Assembly: GCA_964016885.1 (NCBI GenBank)
Contig: OZ024744.1
Coordinates: 103,168,001-103,232,000, forward strand
DNA length: 64,000 nucleotides
Reading direction: 5' to 3'
Source: Eledone cirrhosa
Lineage: Eukaryota
Shown here: in pieces, positions 13,245 to 26,931 of the stretch
Position numbering within the stretch: position 1 is the first letter of the stretch
Layout of the letters: the number at the start of each line of letters is the position of its first letter
The notes under the pieces: generated by a model
Database searches by the model: none
Told to the model about the DNA's origin: nothing
Seen by the model: only the letters and a program-made list of their open reading frames with translations
Program-made: the position numbers and the translations under genes

Positions 13245-15699
13245 CTAAATAAAGAAAATAATATCAAATCTACATATATAAACCTATGATATTAACAGAT
13301 AATGATGTGTGATGTCAGTGAAAGTTGGCTGCTATTTCTAGCATATTTAGTTACCTCATAGGTCTAGCATTGATGTCTTCATATAGATTTTAGTATGAAA
13401 CACATAAGGAAGATGTTTGTGTTGTATATCACTCTCCTTCAAATTACACATTACCAACTTATGTATGTATTTATGTATGTATGTATGTATGTATGTATGT
13501 ATGTATGTATGTATGTATGTATGTATGTAGTTATGTATGTTCTTTTGGTTTTATAATTTCACACATTTTTACCAATAGAGAGAGAGAGAGTCGGTTTCTA
13601 ACATAGACACACGACTCTCATTATAATTTACACAACATCAACAAAGTAGATTATGTATGCATGGATGCATGTGTAGATATGGATGTTATTGTATGTTTGG
13701 ATGTGTATGTTTTGAGTTGTATGTGTGCATATGTATATGCTTTGTATCTGTACATGTGTATATGCAGTTATTAGACGCAACATTTTTGGAAGTTTTACAT
13801 ATTTTTACTGTTCCATTAATGGATTGTACTTGTAATTTCCTAACTAGTTGTGTTCTTTCTGTTCCTGTGAAGCCCAGCTTCTCAAGATTTGTATTGAGGC
13901 AGTTACTAACATACCCCAGTGCCTCAATAATCACAGGTATAAATCTGAGTAGTTATGTATGTATGTATGTATGTGGGACTGGCTTTGTGCAGTGCCTTTT
14001 CCTCACTATAAAAGCTTCACGGCACAGGCATTGCTTTATATCTGGAGATCTCTCTGCACTTGTCGTCACATGGTACCATGGGCCCAGCACTATGTGTCAA
14101 TAATTGTCACAAGTGTAGTGTTTGTACCAGAGCTTTCAAGTCGCTGGCTGGACTGAAAAGTCACACTCGTTCAGCGCATCAATAGGGGTTCTCCTACATG
14201 GATATAAAGTAGTGGCCGTACTCAAAAAACGAGTTGGCAGCTATCATGTATGTATGTATGTATGTCGGGTCACTCTTCAGTGTTTCTTGTAACATGTAAC
14301 CCAGTACAACCTGTCGCATTGTCGGGTTGTCGGTGACTAAACCGGCAACCCCACCAAGTTTACTTGGCGAGGAGGGTGATTTTGGATCCAGGTGACAAGG
14401 TTGGAAAGAAAAAGAAATTGTCATTTCTTGTGTAAGCCTTCATCCTTTCAATCATGAGAATGTTTTATAAATTTTGAAGGTTTCAGATATCATAGCAATT
14501 TGTAGATCATGAATTTAGGAGCTATGTTCTTTCTCTATAAATCCCAGTTCAGTGATACTTTGGTCCAGGTGGAATTGTATATAAACTGTAGCTCCAATTA
14601 TTATATGGTTGAATTTGACCATGTATCTTGGATACAGACTAGTGTAAATGTCAACTGATTACCCTCTTTTTTGTACAGTAAGTACTTGGTAGAGATTTCT
14701 TTTTCCTGGATTACGTGGAGATATCCTTTAAGGTGAGATGTTATGAACCTGTTGGAACTCCATGTCAGTCTTTTGGTATTGTTTATGCCCTCTATGGTCT
14801 GTACTTTTCATCTCAAGTATCCATGTACAATTTCTAAGTAAAGTGGTCTATTATTTAATTTGTTTTGAGTATTGAGTAGAGTTTTCTGGTTGAAATGGCT
14901 GCTGACCATTTTCTTCTGTTGAAGATGTTGCTTCATGTTACTATCCGAGTCTCTTAAGATGTTAATATGGATTTTAGGTCCACAAAACTCTCCATGAGTG
15001 AGAAATATTGCCCATCCACATCACCATTGATGTGAAAATTTCCATTAACACTGAGCAACTTGTAAGTCCCTACATCCATCTCCTCCAGTTCTTTGTACTA
15101 TGGGTATTGTCCTATACACATGTCATACGTAGTGGGATTTGACTAGGTACTGAATAGGAGAACAGGCATGAATATGTTTACTGCAATGAAAGAAGCTACT
15201 AAGCTGTGATAGTGGAGGAAGGCATGAATGAAGTTGAGAGATATAGTGAAGGCATTGATATCTACTAAGTGGACAGATTGATATATGTACATCTTTCTAC
15301 CTGTCAGTCTATCTATCTCATCATCATCATGGCTTGACATTGCAAATGAAGATTATGAAGCAGGTGGTCCACGTTGACTCTGAGATCACTCATGGTTGTA
15401 CAGACAAATGTGGGACAGGCAGGCACAGCTATAGCGGCTACATCTATATATCTTCTCAGGGTTTGATAAATTGGTATTGAGGTTTCCCCTTGTGACTTTT
15501 GTCCTTAAGGGTGGCCCTGTGGGTTTTTTAAAGGTGGAGAAAGCATGGTTGATGGGTGGGATTCCATTTGTCATGGTTCTTAGCTAGGGTGGACCACTGA
15601 CGATGGTCCATATGATTCTATATATATGTGATGGTGTAATAATAAAAGATAGGTTCTTCAATGTAACTTAATAAAAGAAGGTTCTTGAATGTAACTTAC

Positions 15700-15756
15700 T
15701 GTTTTCAATTCTTGGTGCTTTGGTTGCCACTTGATCTCTGCCTGTAAACCATCCAC
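15700..15756 (-). CDS. 57-nt micro-exon, repeat copy 7 (KAP variant)
   Basis: Splice sites intact. Confidence 0.72.
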
Positions 15757-18295
15757 CTAAATAAAGAAAATAATATCAAATCTACTTATATAAACCTATG
15801 ATATTAACAGATAATGATGTGTGATGTCAGTGAAAGTTGGCTGCTATTTCTAGCATATTTAGTTACTAGGTATGTCTAGCATTGATTTTAAGGAGAATTG
15901 GCTGCTAGTTCTAGCATATTTAGTTACTAGGTAGGTCTAGCATTGATTTCAAGGAGAATTGGCTGCTATTTCTAGCATATTTAGTTACCTCATAGGTCTA
16001 GCATTGAGGTCTTCATATAGCTTTTAGTATGAAACACATAAGGAAGATGTTTGTGTTGTAGATCACTCTCCTTTAAATTACACATTACCAACTTATGTAT
16101 GTATGTATGTATGTATGTATGTATGTAGTTATGTATGTTCTTTTGGTTTTATAATTTCACACATTTTTACCAATAGAGAGAGAGAGAGTCGGTTTCTAAC
16201 ATAAACACAAGACTCTCATTGTAATTAAACAATATCAACAAAGTAGATTATGTATGCATGCATGCATGTGTAGATATGGATGTTATTGTATGTGCGGATG
16301 TGTATGTTTTGAGTTGTATGTGTGCATATGTATATGCTTTGTATCTGTACATGTGTATATGCAGTTATTAGACGCAACATTTTTGGAAGTTTTACATATT
16401 TTTACTGTTCCATTAATGGATTGTACTTGTAATTTGCTAACTAGTTGTGTTCTTTCTGTTCCTGTGAAGCCTAGCTTCTCAAGATTTGTATTGAGGCAGT
16501 TACTAACATACACCTGTGCCCCAATAATAACAGGCATAAATCTGAGTAGTTATGTATGTATGTATGTATGTGGGACTGACTTTGTGCATTGCCTTTTCCT
16601 CACTATAAAAGCTTCACGGCACAGGCATTGCTTTATATCTGGAGATCTCTCTGCACTTGTCGTCACATGGTACCATGGGCCCAGCCCTGTGTCAATAATT
16701 GTCACAAGTGTAGTATTTGTACCAGAGCTTTCAAGTCGCTGGCTGGACTAAAAAGTCACACTCGTTCAGCGCATCAGTAGGGGTTCTCCTACATGGATAT
16801 AAAGTAGTGGCCTTACTCGAAAAACGAGTTGGCAGCCACCATGTATGTATGTATGTCGGGTCACTCTTCAGTGTTACTTGTAACATGTAACCCAGTACAA
16901 CCTGTCGCATTGTCGGGTTGTCGGTGACTAAACCAGCAACCCCTCCCAGTTTACTTGGTGAGGAGGGTGATTTTTGATCCAGGTGACAAGGTTGTAAAGA
17001 AAAAGAAATTGTCATTTCTTGTGTAAGCCTTCATCCTTTCAATCATGAGAATATTTTACAAATTTTGAAGGTTTCAGATATCATGGCTATTTGTAGATCA
17101 TGAATTTAGGAGCTATGTTCTTTCTCCATAAATCCCAGTTCAATTATACTCTGGTCCAGGTGGAATTGTATATAAACTGTAGCTCCAATTATTATATGGT
17201 TGAATTTGACCATGTATCTTGGATACAGACTAGTAAATGTCAACTGATTACCCTCTTTTTTATACAGTAAGTACTTGGTAGAGATTTCTTTTTCCTGGAT
17301 TACATGGAGATATCCTTTAAGGTGAGATGTTATGAACCTGTTGGAACTCCATGTCAGGCTTTTGGTATTGTTTATGCCCTCTATGGTCTGTGCTTTTCAT
17401 CTCAAGTATCCATGTACATCTTTCTCAGTAAAGTGGTCTATTATTTAATTTGTTTTGAGTATTGAGTAGAGTTTTCTGGTTGAGATGGTTGCTGACCATT
17501 TTCTTCTGTTGAAGATGTTGCTTCGTGTTACTATCCGAGTCTCTTATGATGTTAATATGGATTTTAGGTCCACAAAACTCTCCATGAGTGAGAAATATTG
17601 CCTATCCACATCACCATTGATGTGAAAATTTCCATTAACACTGAGCAACTTGTAAGTCCATACATCCATCTCCTCTAGTTCTTTGTACTATGGATATTGT
17701 CCTATACACATGTCATACGTAGTGGGATTTGACTAGGTACTGAATAGGAGTACAGGCATGAATGTATTTACTGCAATGAAAGAAGCTACTAAGCTGTGAT
17801 AGTGGAGGAAGGCATGAATGAAGTTGAGAGATATAGTGAAGGCATTGATATCTACTAAGTGGACAGATTGATATATGTACATCTTTCTACCTGTCAGTCT
17901 ATCTATCTCATCATCATCATGGCTTGACATTGCAAATGAAGATTATGAAGCAGGTGGTCCACGCTGACTCTGAGATCACTCATGGTTGTACAGACAAATG
18001 TGGGACAGGCAGGCACAGCTACAGCGGGTACATCTATATATATCTTCTCAGGGTTTGATAAATTGGTATTGAGGTTTCCCCTTGTGTCTTTTGTCCTTAA
18101 GGGTGGCCCAGTGGGTTTTTTAAAGGTGGAGAAAGCATGGTTGATGGGTAGGATTCCATTTGTCATGGTTCTTAGCTAGGGTGGACAACTGACGATGGTC
18201 CATGTGATTCTATATATATATATGTGATGGTGTAATAATATAAGATAGGTTCTTCAATGTAACTTAATAAAAGAAGGTTCTTGAATGTAACTTAC

Positions 18296-18352
18296 TGTTT
18301 TCAATTCTTGGTGGTTTGGTTGCCACTTGATCTCTGCCTGTAAACCATCCAC
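18296..18352 (-). CDS. 57-nt micro-exon, repeat copy 8
   Basis: Consensus sequence, splice sites intact. Confidence 0.72.
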
Positions 18353-20762
18353 CTAAATAAAGAAAATAATATCAAATCTACATATATAAACCTATGATGT
18401 TAACAGATAATGATGTGTGATGTCAGTGAAAGTTGGCTGCTATTTCTAGCATATTTAGTTACCTCATAGGTCTAGCATTGAGGTCTTCATATAGATTTTA
18501 GTATGAAACACATAAGGAAGATGTTTGTGTTGTAGATCACTCTCCTTCAAATTACACATTACCAACTTATGTATGTATATATGTATGTATGTATGTATGT
18601 ATGTAGTTATGTATGTTCTTTTGGTTTTATAATTTCACACATTTTTACCAATAGAGAGAGAGTCGGTTTCTAACATAGACACAAGACTCTCATTGTAATT
18701 TAACAACATCAACAAAGTAGATTATGTATGCATGCATGCATGTGTAGATATGGATGTTATTGTATGTGTGGATGTGGATGTTTTGAGTTGTATGTCTGCA
18801 TGTGTATATGCTTTGTATCTGTACATGTGTATATGCAGTTATTAGACGCAAAATGTTTGGAAGTTTTACATATTTTTACTGTTCCATTAATGGATTGTAC
18901 TTGTAATTCCCTAACTAGTTGTGTTCTTCCTGTTGCTTTGAAGCCCAGCTTCTCAAGATTTGTATTGAGGCAGTTACTAACATACTCCTGTGCCCCAATA
19001 ATAACAGGCATAAATCTGAGTAGTTATGTATGTATGTATGTGGGACTGGCTTTGTGCAGTGCCTTTTCTTCACTATAAAAGCTTCACGGCACAGGCATTG
19101 CTTTATAGCTGGAGATCTTTCTGCACTTGTCATCACATGGTACCATGGGCCCAGTACTATGAGTCAATAATTGTCACAAGTGTAGTATTTGTACCAGAGC
19201 TTTCAAGTCGCTGGCTGGACTAAAAAGTCACACTCGTTCAGCGCATCAGTAGGGGTTCTCCTACATGGATATAAAGTAGTGGCCTTACTCAAAAAACGAG
19301 TTGGCAGCTACCATGTATGTATGTCGGGTCACTCTTCAGTGTTACTTGTAACATGTAACCCAGTACAACCTGTCGCATTATCGGATTGTCGGTGACTAAA
19401 CCAGCAGCCCCTCCCAGTTTACTTGGTGAGGAGGGTGATTTTGGATCCGGGTGACAAGGTTGTAAAGAAAAAGAAATTGTTATTTCTTGTGTAAACCTTC
19501 ATCCTTTCAATCATGAGAATGTTTTATAAATTTTGAAGGTTTCAGATATCATGGCAATTTGTAGATCATGAATTTAGGAGCCATGTTCTTTCTCCATAAA
19601 TCCCAGTTCAGTTATACTTTGGTCCAGGTGGAATTGTATATAAACTGTAGCTCCAATTATTATATGGTTGAATTTGACCATGTATCTTGGATACAGACTA
19701 GTGTAAATGTCAACAGATTACCCTCTTTTTTATACAGTAAGTACTTGGTAGAGATTTCTTTTTCCTGGATTACATGGAGATATCCTTTAAGGTGAGATGT
19801 TATGAACCTGTTGGAACTGCATGTCAGGCTTTTGGTATTGTTTATGCCCTCTATGGTCTGTGCTTTTCATCTCAAGTATCCATGTACAATTTCTTAGTAA
19901 AGTGGTCTATTATTTAATTTGTTTTGAGTATTGGGTAGAGTTTTCTGGTTGAGATGGTTGCTGACCATTTACTTCTGTTGAATATGTTGCTTTGTGTTAC
20001 TATCCGGGTCTCTTAAGATGTTAATATGGATTTTAGGTCCACAAAACTCTCCATGTGTGAGAAATATTGCCCATCCACATCACCATTGATGTGAAAATTT
20101 CCATTAACAGTGAGCAACTTGTAAGTCCCTACATCCATCTCCTCTAGTTCTTTGTACTATGGATATTGTCCTATACACATGTCATACGTAGTGGGATTTG
20201 ACTAGGTACTGAATAGGAGTACAGGCATTAATGTATTTACTGCAATGAAAGAAGCTACTAAGCTGTGATAGTGGAGGAAGGCATGAATGAAGTTGAGAGA
20301 TATAGTGAAGGCATTGATATCTACTAAGTGGACAGATTGATATATGTACATCTTTCTACCTGTCAGTCTATCTATCTCATCATCATCATGGCTTGACATT
20401 GCAAATGAAGATTATGAAGCAGGTGGTCCACGTTGACTCTGAGATCACTCATGGTTGTACAGACAAATGTGGGACAGGCAGGCACAGCTATAGCGGCTAC
20501 ATCTATATATCTTCTCAGGGTTTGATAAATTGGTATTGAGGTTTCCCCTTGTGTCTTTTGTCCTTAAGGGTGGCCCTGTGTGTTTTTTAAAGGTGGAGAA
20601 AGCATGGTTGATGGGTGGGATTCCATTTGTCATGGTTCTTATCTAGGGTGGACCACTGACGATGGTCCATGTGATTCTATATATATATGTGTGATGGTGT
20701 AATAATAAAAGATAGGTTCTTCAATGTAACTTAATAAAAGAAGGTTCTTGAATGTAACTTAC

Positions 20763-20819
20763 TGTTTTCAATTCTTGGTGGTTTGGTTGCCACTTGATCT
20801 CTGCCTGTAAACCATCCAC
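20763..20819 (-). CDS. 57-nt micro-exon, repeat copy 9
   Basis: Consensus sequence, splice sites intact. Confidence 0.72.
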
Positions 20820-23316
20820 CTAAATAAAGAAAATAATATCAAATCTACATATATAAACCTATGATATTAACAGATAATGATGTGTGATGTCAGTGAAAGT
20901 TGGCTGCTATTTCTAGCATATTTAGTTACTAGGTATGTCTAGGATTGATTTCAAAGAGAATTGACTGCTATTTCTAGCATATTTAGTTACCTCATAGGTC
21001 TAGCATTGAGGTCTTCGTATAGATTTTAGTATGAAACACATAAGGAAGATGTTTGTGTTGTAGATCACTCTCCTTCAAATTACACATTACCAACTTATGT
21101 ACGTATGTATGTATGTATGTATGTATGTATGTATGTATGTATGTATGTAGTTATGTATGTTCATTTGGTTTTATAATTTCACACATTTTTACCAATAGAG
21201 AGAGAGTCGGTTTCTAACATAGACACACGACTCTCATTGTAATTTAACAACATCAACAAAGTAGATTATGTATGCATGGATGCATGTGTAGATATGGATG
21301 TTATTGTATGTGTGGATGTGGATGTTTTGAGTTGTATGTCTGCATATGTATATGCTTTGTATCTGTACATGTGTATATGCAGTTATTAGATGCAAACATT
21401 TTTGGAAGTTTTACATATTTTTACTGTTCCATTAATGGATTGTACTTGTAATTTCCTAACTAGTTGTGTTCTTTCTGTTCCTGTGAAGCCCAGCTTCTCA
21501 AGATTTGTATTGAGGCAGTTACTAACATACTGCAGTGCCCCAATAATCACAGGCATAAATCTGAGTAGTTATGTATCAATGTATGTATGTATGTGTGACT
21601 GGCTTTGTGCAGTGCCTTTTCCTCACTATAAAAGCTTCACGGCACAGCCATTGCTTTATATCTGGAGATCTCTCTGTACTTGTCATCACATGGTACCATG
21701 GTCCCAGCACTATGTGTCAATAATTGTCACAAGTGTAGTGTTTGTACCAGAGCTTTCAAGTCGCTGGCTGGACTAAAAAGTCACACTCGTTCAGCGCATC
21801 AGTAGGGGTTCTCCTACATGGATATAAAGTAGTGGCCGTACTCGAAAATCGAGTTGGCAGCCACCATGTATGTATGTATGTCGGGTCACTCTTCAGTGTT
21901 ACTTGTAACATGTAACCCAGTACAATGTGTCGCATTGTCGGGTTGTCGGTGACTAAACCGGCAACCCCACCAAGTTTACTTGGTGAGGAGGGTGATTTTG
22001 GATCCAGGTGACAAGGTTGTAAAGAAAAAGAAATTGTCATTTCTTGTGTAAGCCTTCATCCTTTCAATCATGAGAATGTTTTACAAATTTGAAGGTTTCA
22101 GATATCATGGCTATTTGTAGATCATGAATTTAGGAGCTATGTTCTTTCTCTATAAATCCCAGTTCAGTTATACTTTGGTCCAGGTGGAATTGTATATAAA
22201 CTGTAGCTCCAATTATTATATGGTTGAATTTGACCATGTATCTTGGATACAGACTAGTGTAAATGTCAACTGATTACCCTCTTTTTTGTACAGTAAGTAC
22301 TTGGTAGAGATTTCTTTTTCTTGGATTACATGGAGATATCCTTTAAGGTGAGATGTTATGAACCTGTTGGAACTCCATGTCAGGCTTTTGGTATTGTTTA
22401 TGCCCTCTATGGTCTGTGCTTTTCATCTCAAGTATCCATGTACAATTTCTTAGTAAAGTGGTCTATTATTTAATTTGTTTTGAGTATTGAGTAGAGTTTT
22501 CTGGTTGAGATGGTTGCTGACCATTTTCTTCTGTTGAAGATGTTGCTTCGTGTTACGATCCGGGTCTCTTAAGATGTTAATATGGATTTTAGGTCCATAA
22601 AACTCTCCATGTGTGAGAAATATTGTCCATCCACATCACCATTGATGTGAAAATTTCCATTAACAGTGAGCAACTTGTAAGTCCATACATCAATCTCCTT
22701 TAGTTCTTTGTACGATGGATATTGTCCTATACACATGTCATATGTAGTGGGATTTGACTAGGTACTGAATAGGAGTACAGGCATGAATGTATTTACTGCA
22801 ATGAAAGAAGCTACTAAGCTGTGATAGTGGAGGAAGGCATGAATGAAGTTGAGAGATATAGTGAAGGCATTGATATCTACTAAGTGGACAGATTGATATA
22901 TGTATATCTTTCTACCTGTCAGTCTATCTATCTCATCATCATCATGGCTTGACATTGCAAATGAAGATTATGAAGCAGATGGTCCACGTTGACTCTGAGA
23001 TCACTCATGGTTGTACAGACAAATGTGGGACAGGCAGGCACAGCTATAGCGGCTACATCTATATATCTTCTCAGGGTTTGATAAATTGGTATTGAGGTTT
23101 CCCCTTGTGTCTTTTGTCCTTAAGGGTGGCCCTGTGGGTTGTTTAAAGGTGGAGAAAGCATGGTTGATGGGTAGGATTCCATTTGTCATGGTTCTTAGCT
23201 AGGGTGGACCACTGACGATGTTCCATGTGATTCTATATATATATGTGATGGTGTAATAATAAAAGATAGGTTCTTCAATGTAACTTAATAAAAGAAGGTT
23301 CTTGAATGTAACTTAC

Positions 23317-23373
23317 TGTTTTCAATTCTTGGTGGTTTGGTTGCCACTTGATCTCTGCCTGTAAACCATCCAC
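23317..23373 (-). CDS. 57-nt micro-exon, repeat copy 10
   Basis: Consensus sequence, splice sites intact. Confidence 0.72.
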
Positions 23374-25834
23374 CTAAATAAAGAAAATAATATCAAATCT
23401 ACTTATATAAACCTGTGATATTAACAGATAATGATGTGTGATCTCAGTGAAAGTTGGCTGCTATTTCTAGCATATTTAGTTACTAGGTAGGTCTAGCATT
23501 GATTTCAAGGAGAATTGGCTGCTATTTTTAGCATATTTAGTTATCTCATAGGTCTAGCATTGAGGTCTTCATATAGATTTTAGTATGAAACACATAAGGA
23601 AGATGTTTGTGTTGTAGATCACTCTCCTTCAAATTACACATTACCAACTTATGTATGTATATATGTATGTATGTATGTATGTATGTTCTTTTGGTTTTAT
23701 AATTTCACACATTTTTACCAATAGAGAGAGTCGGTTTCTAACATAGACACACGACTCTCATTGTAATTTAACAACATCAACAAAGTAGATTATGTATGCA
23801 TGCATTCATGTGTAGATATGGATGTTATTGTATGTGTGGATGTGGATGTTTTGAGTTGTATGTCTGCATATGTATATGCTTTGTATCTGTACATGTGTAT
23901 ATGCAGTTATTAGACGCAACATTTTTGGAAGTTTTACATATTTTTACTGTTCCATTAATGGATTGTACTTGTAATTTCCTAACTAGTTGTGTTCTTTCTG
24001 TTCCTGTGAAGCCCAGATTCTCAAGATTTGTATTGAGGCAGTTACTAACATACTCCAGTGCCCCAATAATCACAGGCATAAATCTGAGTAGTTATGTATG
24101 TATGTATGTGGGACTGGCTTTGTGCAGTGCCTTTTCCTCACTATAAAAGCTTCACGGCACAGGCATTGCTTTATATCTGGAGATCTCTCTGCACTTGTCG
24201 TGACATGATACCATAGGCCCAGCACTATGTGTCAATAATTGTCACAAGTGTAGTGTTTGTACCAGAGCTGTCAAGTCGCTTGCTGGACTAAAAAGTCACA
24301 CTCGTTCAGCGCATCAGTAAGGGTTCTCCTACATAGTTATAAAGTAGTGGCCGTACTCGAAAAACGAGTTGGCAGCCACCATGTATGTATGTATGTCGGG
24401 TCACTCTTCAGTTTTATTTGTAACATGTAACTCAGTACAACGTGTTGTATTGTCGGGTTGTCGGTGACTAAACCAGCAACCCCACCAAGTTTACTTGGCG
24501 AGGAGGGTGATTTTGGATCCAGGTGACAAGGTTGTAGAGAAAAAGAAATTGTCATTTCTTGTGTAAGCCTTCATCCTTTCAATCATGAGAATGTTTTACA
24601 AATTTTGAAGGTTTCAGATATCATGGCTATTTGTAGATCATGAATTTAGGAGCTATGTTCTTTCTCCATAAATCCCAGTTCAGTTATACTTTGGTCCAGG
24701 TGGAATTGTATATAAACTGTAGCTCCAATTATTATATGGTTGAATTTGACCATGTATCTTGGATACAGACTAGTGTAAATGTCAACTGATTACCCTCTTT
24801 TTAGTACAGCAAGTACTTGGTAGAGATTTCTTTTTCCTGGATTACATGGAGATATCCTTTAAGGTGAGATGTTATGAATCTGTTGGAACTCCATGTCAGG
24901 CTTTTGGTATTGTTTATGCCCTCTATGGTCTGTGCTTTTCATCTCAAGTATCCATGTACAATTTCTTAGTAAAGTGGTCTATTATTTAATTTGTTTTGAG
25001 TATTGAGTAGAGTTTTCTGGTTGAGATGGTTGCTGACCATTTTCTTCTGTTGAAGATGTTGCTTCGTGTTATGATCCGGGTCTCTTAAGATGTTAATATG
25101 GATTTTAGGTCCACAAAACTCTCCATGAGTGAGAAATATTGCCCATCCACATCACCATTGATGTGAAAATTTCCATTAACACTGAGCAACTTGTAAGTCC
25201 CTACATCCATCTCCTCTCGTTCTTTGTACTATGGATATTGTCCTATACACGTGTCATACGTAGTGGGATTTGACTAGGTACTGAATAGGAGAACAGGCAT
25301 GAATGTATTTACTGCAATGAAAGAAGCTACTAAGCTGTGATATTGGAGGAAGGCATGAATGAAGTTGAGAGATATAGTGAAGGCATTGATATCTACTAAG
25401 TGGACAGATTGATATATGTACATCTTTCTACCTGTCAGTCTATCTATCTCATCATCATCATGGCTTGACATTGCAAATGAAGATTATGAAGCAGGTGGTC
25501 CACGTTGACTCTGAGATCACTCATGGTTGTACAGACAAATGTGGGACAGGCAGGCACAGCTATAGCGGCTACATCTATATATCTTCTCAGGGTTTGATAA
25601 ATTGGTATTGAGGTTTCCCCTTGTGTCTTTTGTCCTTAAGGGTGGCCCTGTGAGTTTTTTAAAGGTGAGGAAAGCATGGTTGATGGGTGGGATTCCATTT
25701 GTCATGGTTCTTATCTAGGGTGGACCACTGACGATGGTCCATGTGATTCTATATATATATGTGTGATGGTGTAATAATAAAAGATAGGTTCTTCAATGTA
25801 ACTTAATAAAAGAAGGTTCTTGAATGTAACTTAC

Positions 25835-25891
25835 TGTTTTCAATTCTTGGTGGTTTGGTTGCCACTTGATCTCTGCCTGTAAACCATCCAC
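25835..25891 (-). CDS. 57-nt micro-exon, repeat copy 11
   Basis: Consensus sequence, splice sites intact. Confidence 0.72.
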
Positions 25892-26175
25892 CTAAATAAA
25901 GAAAATAATATCAAATCTACTTATATAAACCTATGATATTAACAGATAATGATGTGTGATGTCAGTGAAAGTTGGCTGCTATTTCTAGCATATTTAGTTA
26001 CTAGGTAGGTCTAGCATTGATTTCAAAGAGAATTGGCTGCTATTTCTAGCATATTTAGTTACCTCATAGGTCTAGCATTGAGGTCTTCATATAGATTTTA
26101 GTATGAAACACATAAGGAAGATGTTTGTGTTGTAGATCACTCTCCTTCAAATTACACATTACCAACTTATGTATG

Positions 26176-26931
26176 TTTTCTCTTTCTCTTAATTTCGAGT
26201 ATATTTTTTTGACCGGCCACCTTCCTGGTGGCAAGATTGTAAAAGAAAAGAAATTGTCATCCCTTGAATCGCAAGAATGTTTTGCATATTTTGAAGGTGC
26301 CAGCTATCGCAGCCATTTGTAGACTATGAATTAGGGAGCTGCGCTTTTTGTCCGCAAATCCAAGTTCGGTCATACTTTGGTCCAAGCGGGTTGGTATATA
26401 ACCCGTAGCACCAATAATGATGGGTATGAAGCTAAAGGTGTATCTTGGATACTGGATTTGTAAGCTCCTCATCAATGGTCCGTAGATGTCCTCCTTCTCC
26501 TGTATTTTTCTGACAACGTTTACATCAAGTGGGCAGCTGATCTCCACAACAGAACACGTTTTCAATGTGTGGTCCCAAACAACAATATCAGGCCGGTTGT
26601 GCTTTAATTTGGTGGCAGTTTTTATTTTCAGGTTCCACCAGTATTCCTTAGTGCCATCTGTTTCAATATATTCTTCCTCGTTTGTTGTTAATTTTGTTTT
26701 CCGAAGTGCGTTCCAGATAGTTCTAGCTATCCCATCGTGTCTCATGGGGAGGTAGTAGCGAGATGACATTCTTTCGCAGCTGGCAACAATGTGGCTTACA
26801 TCCTCGATCTTTGTTTTACATAGCCTACATTTATTGTCAGCTGCTGGCCCTCCTCTTTTGTGCAGCAGATATTTGGTAGGGAGTTCTTGTTCCTGTATTG
26901 CATAGAGATATCCCTCAAGGTGTGATGTCAT
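26176..26931 (-). mobile_element. Young 5'-truncated R4/Dong-clade non-LTR retrotransposon (CCHC knuckle + restriction-like endonuclease) inserted in (TATG)n
   Basis: Open 224-aa ORF with CRLC..EDVSHIVASC, RHDGIA, NRPDIVV..VEISCP..K motifs. All other units show the empty microsatellite at this site. Confidence 0.92.
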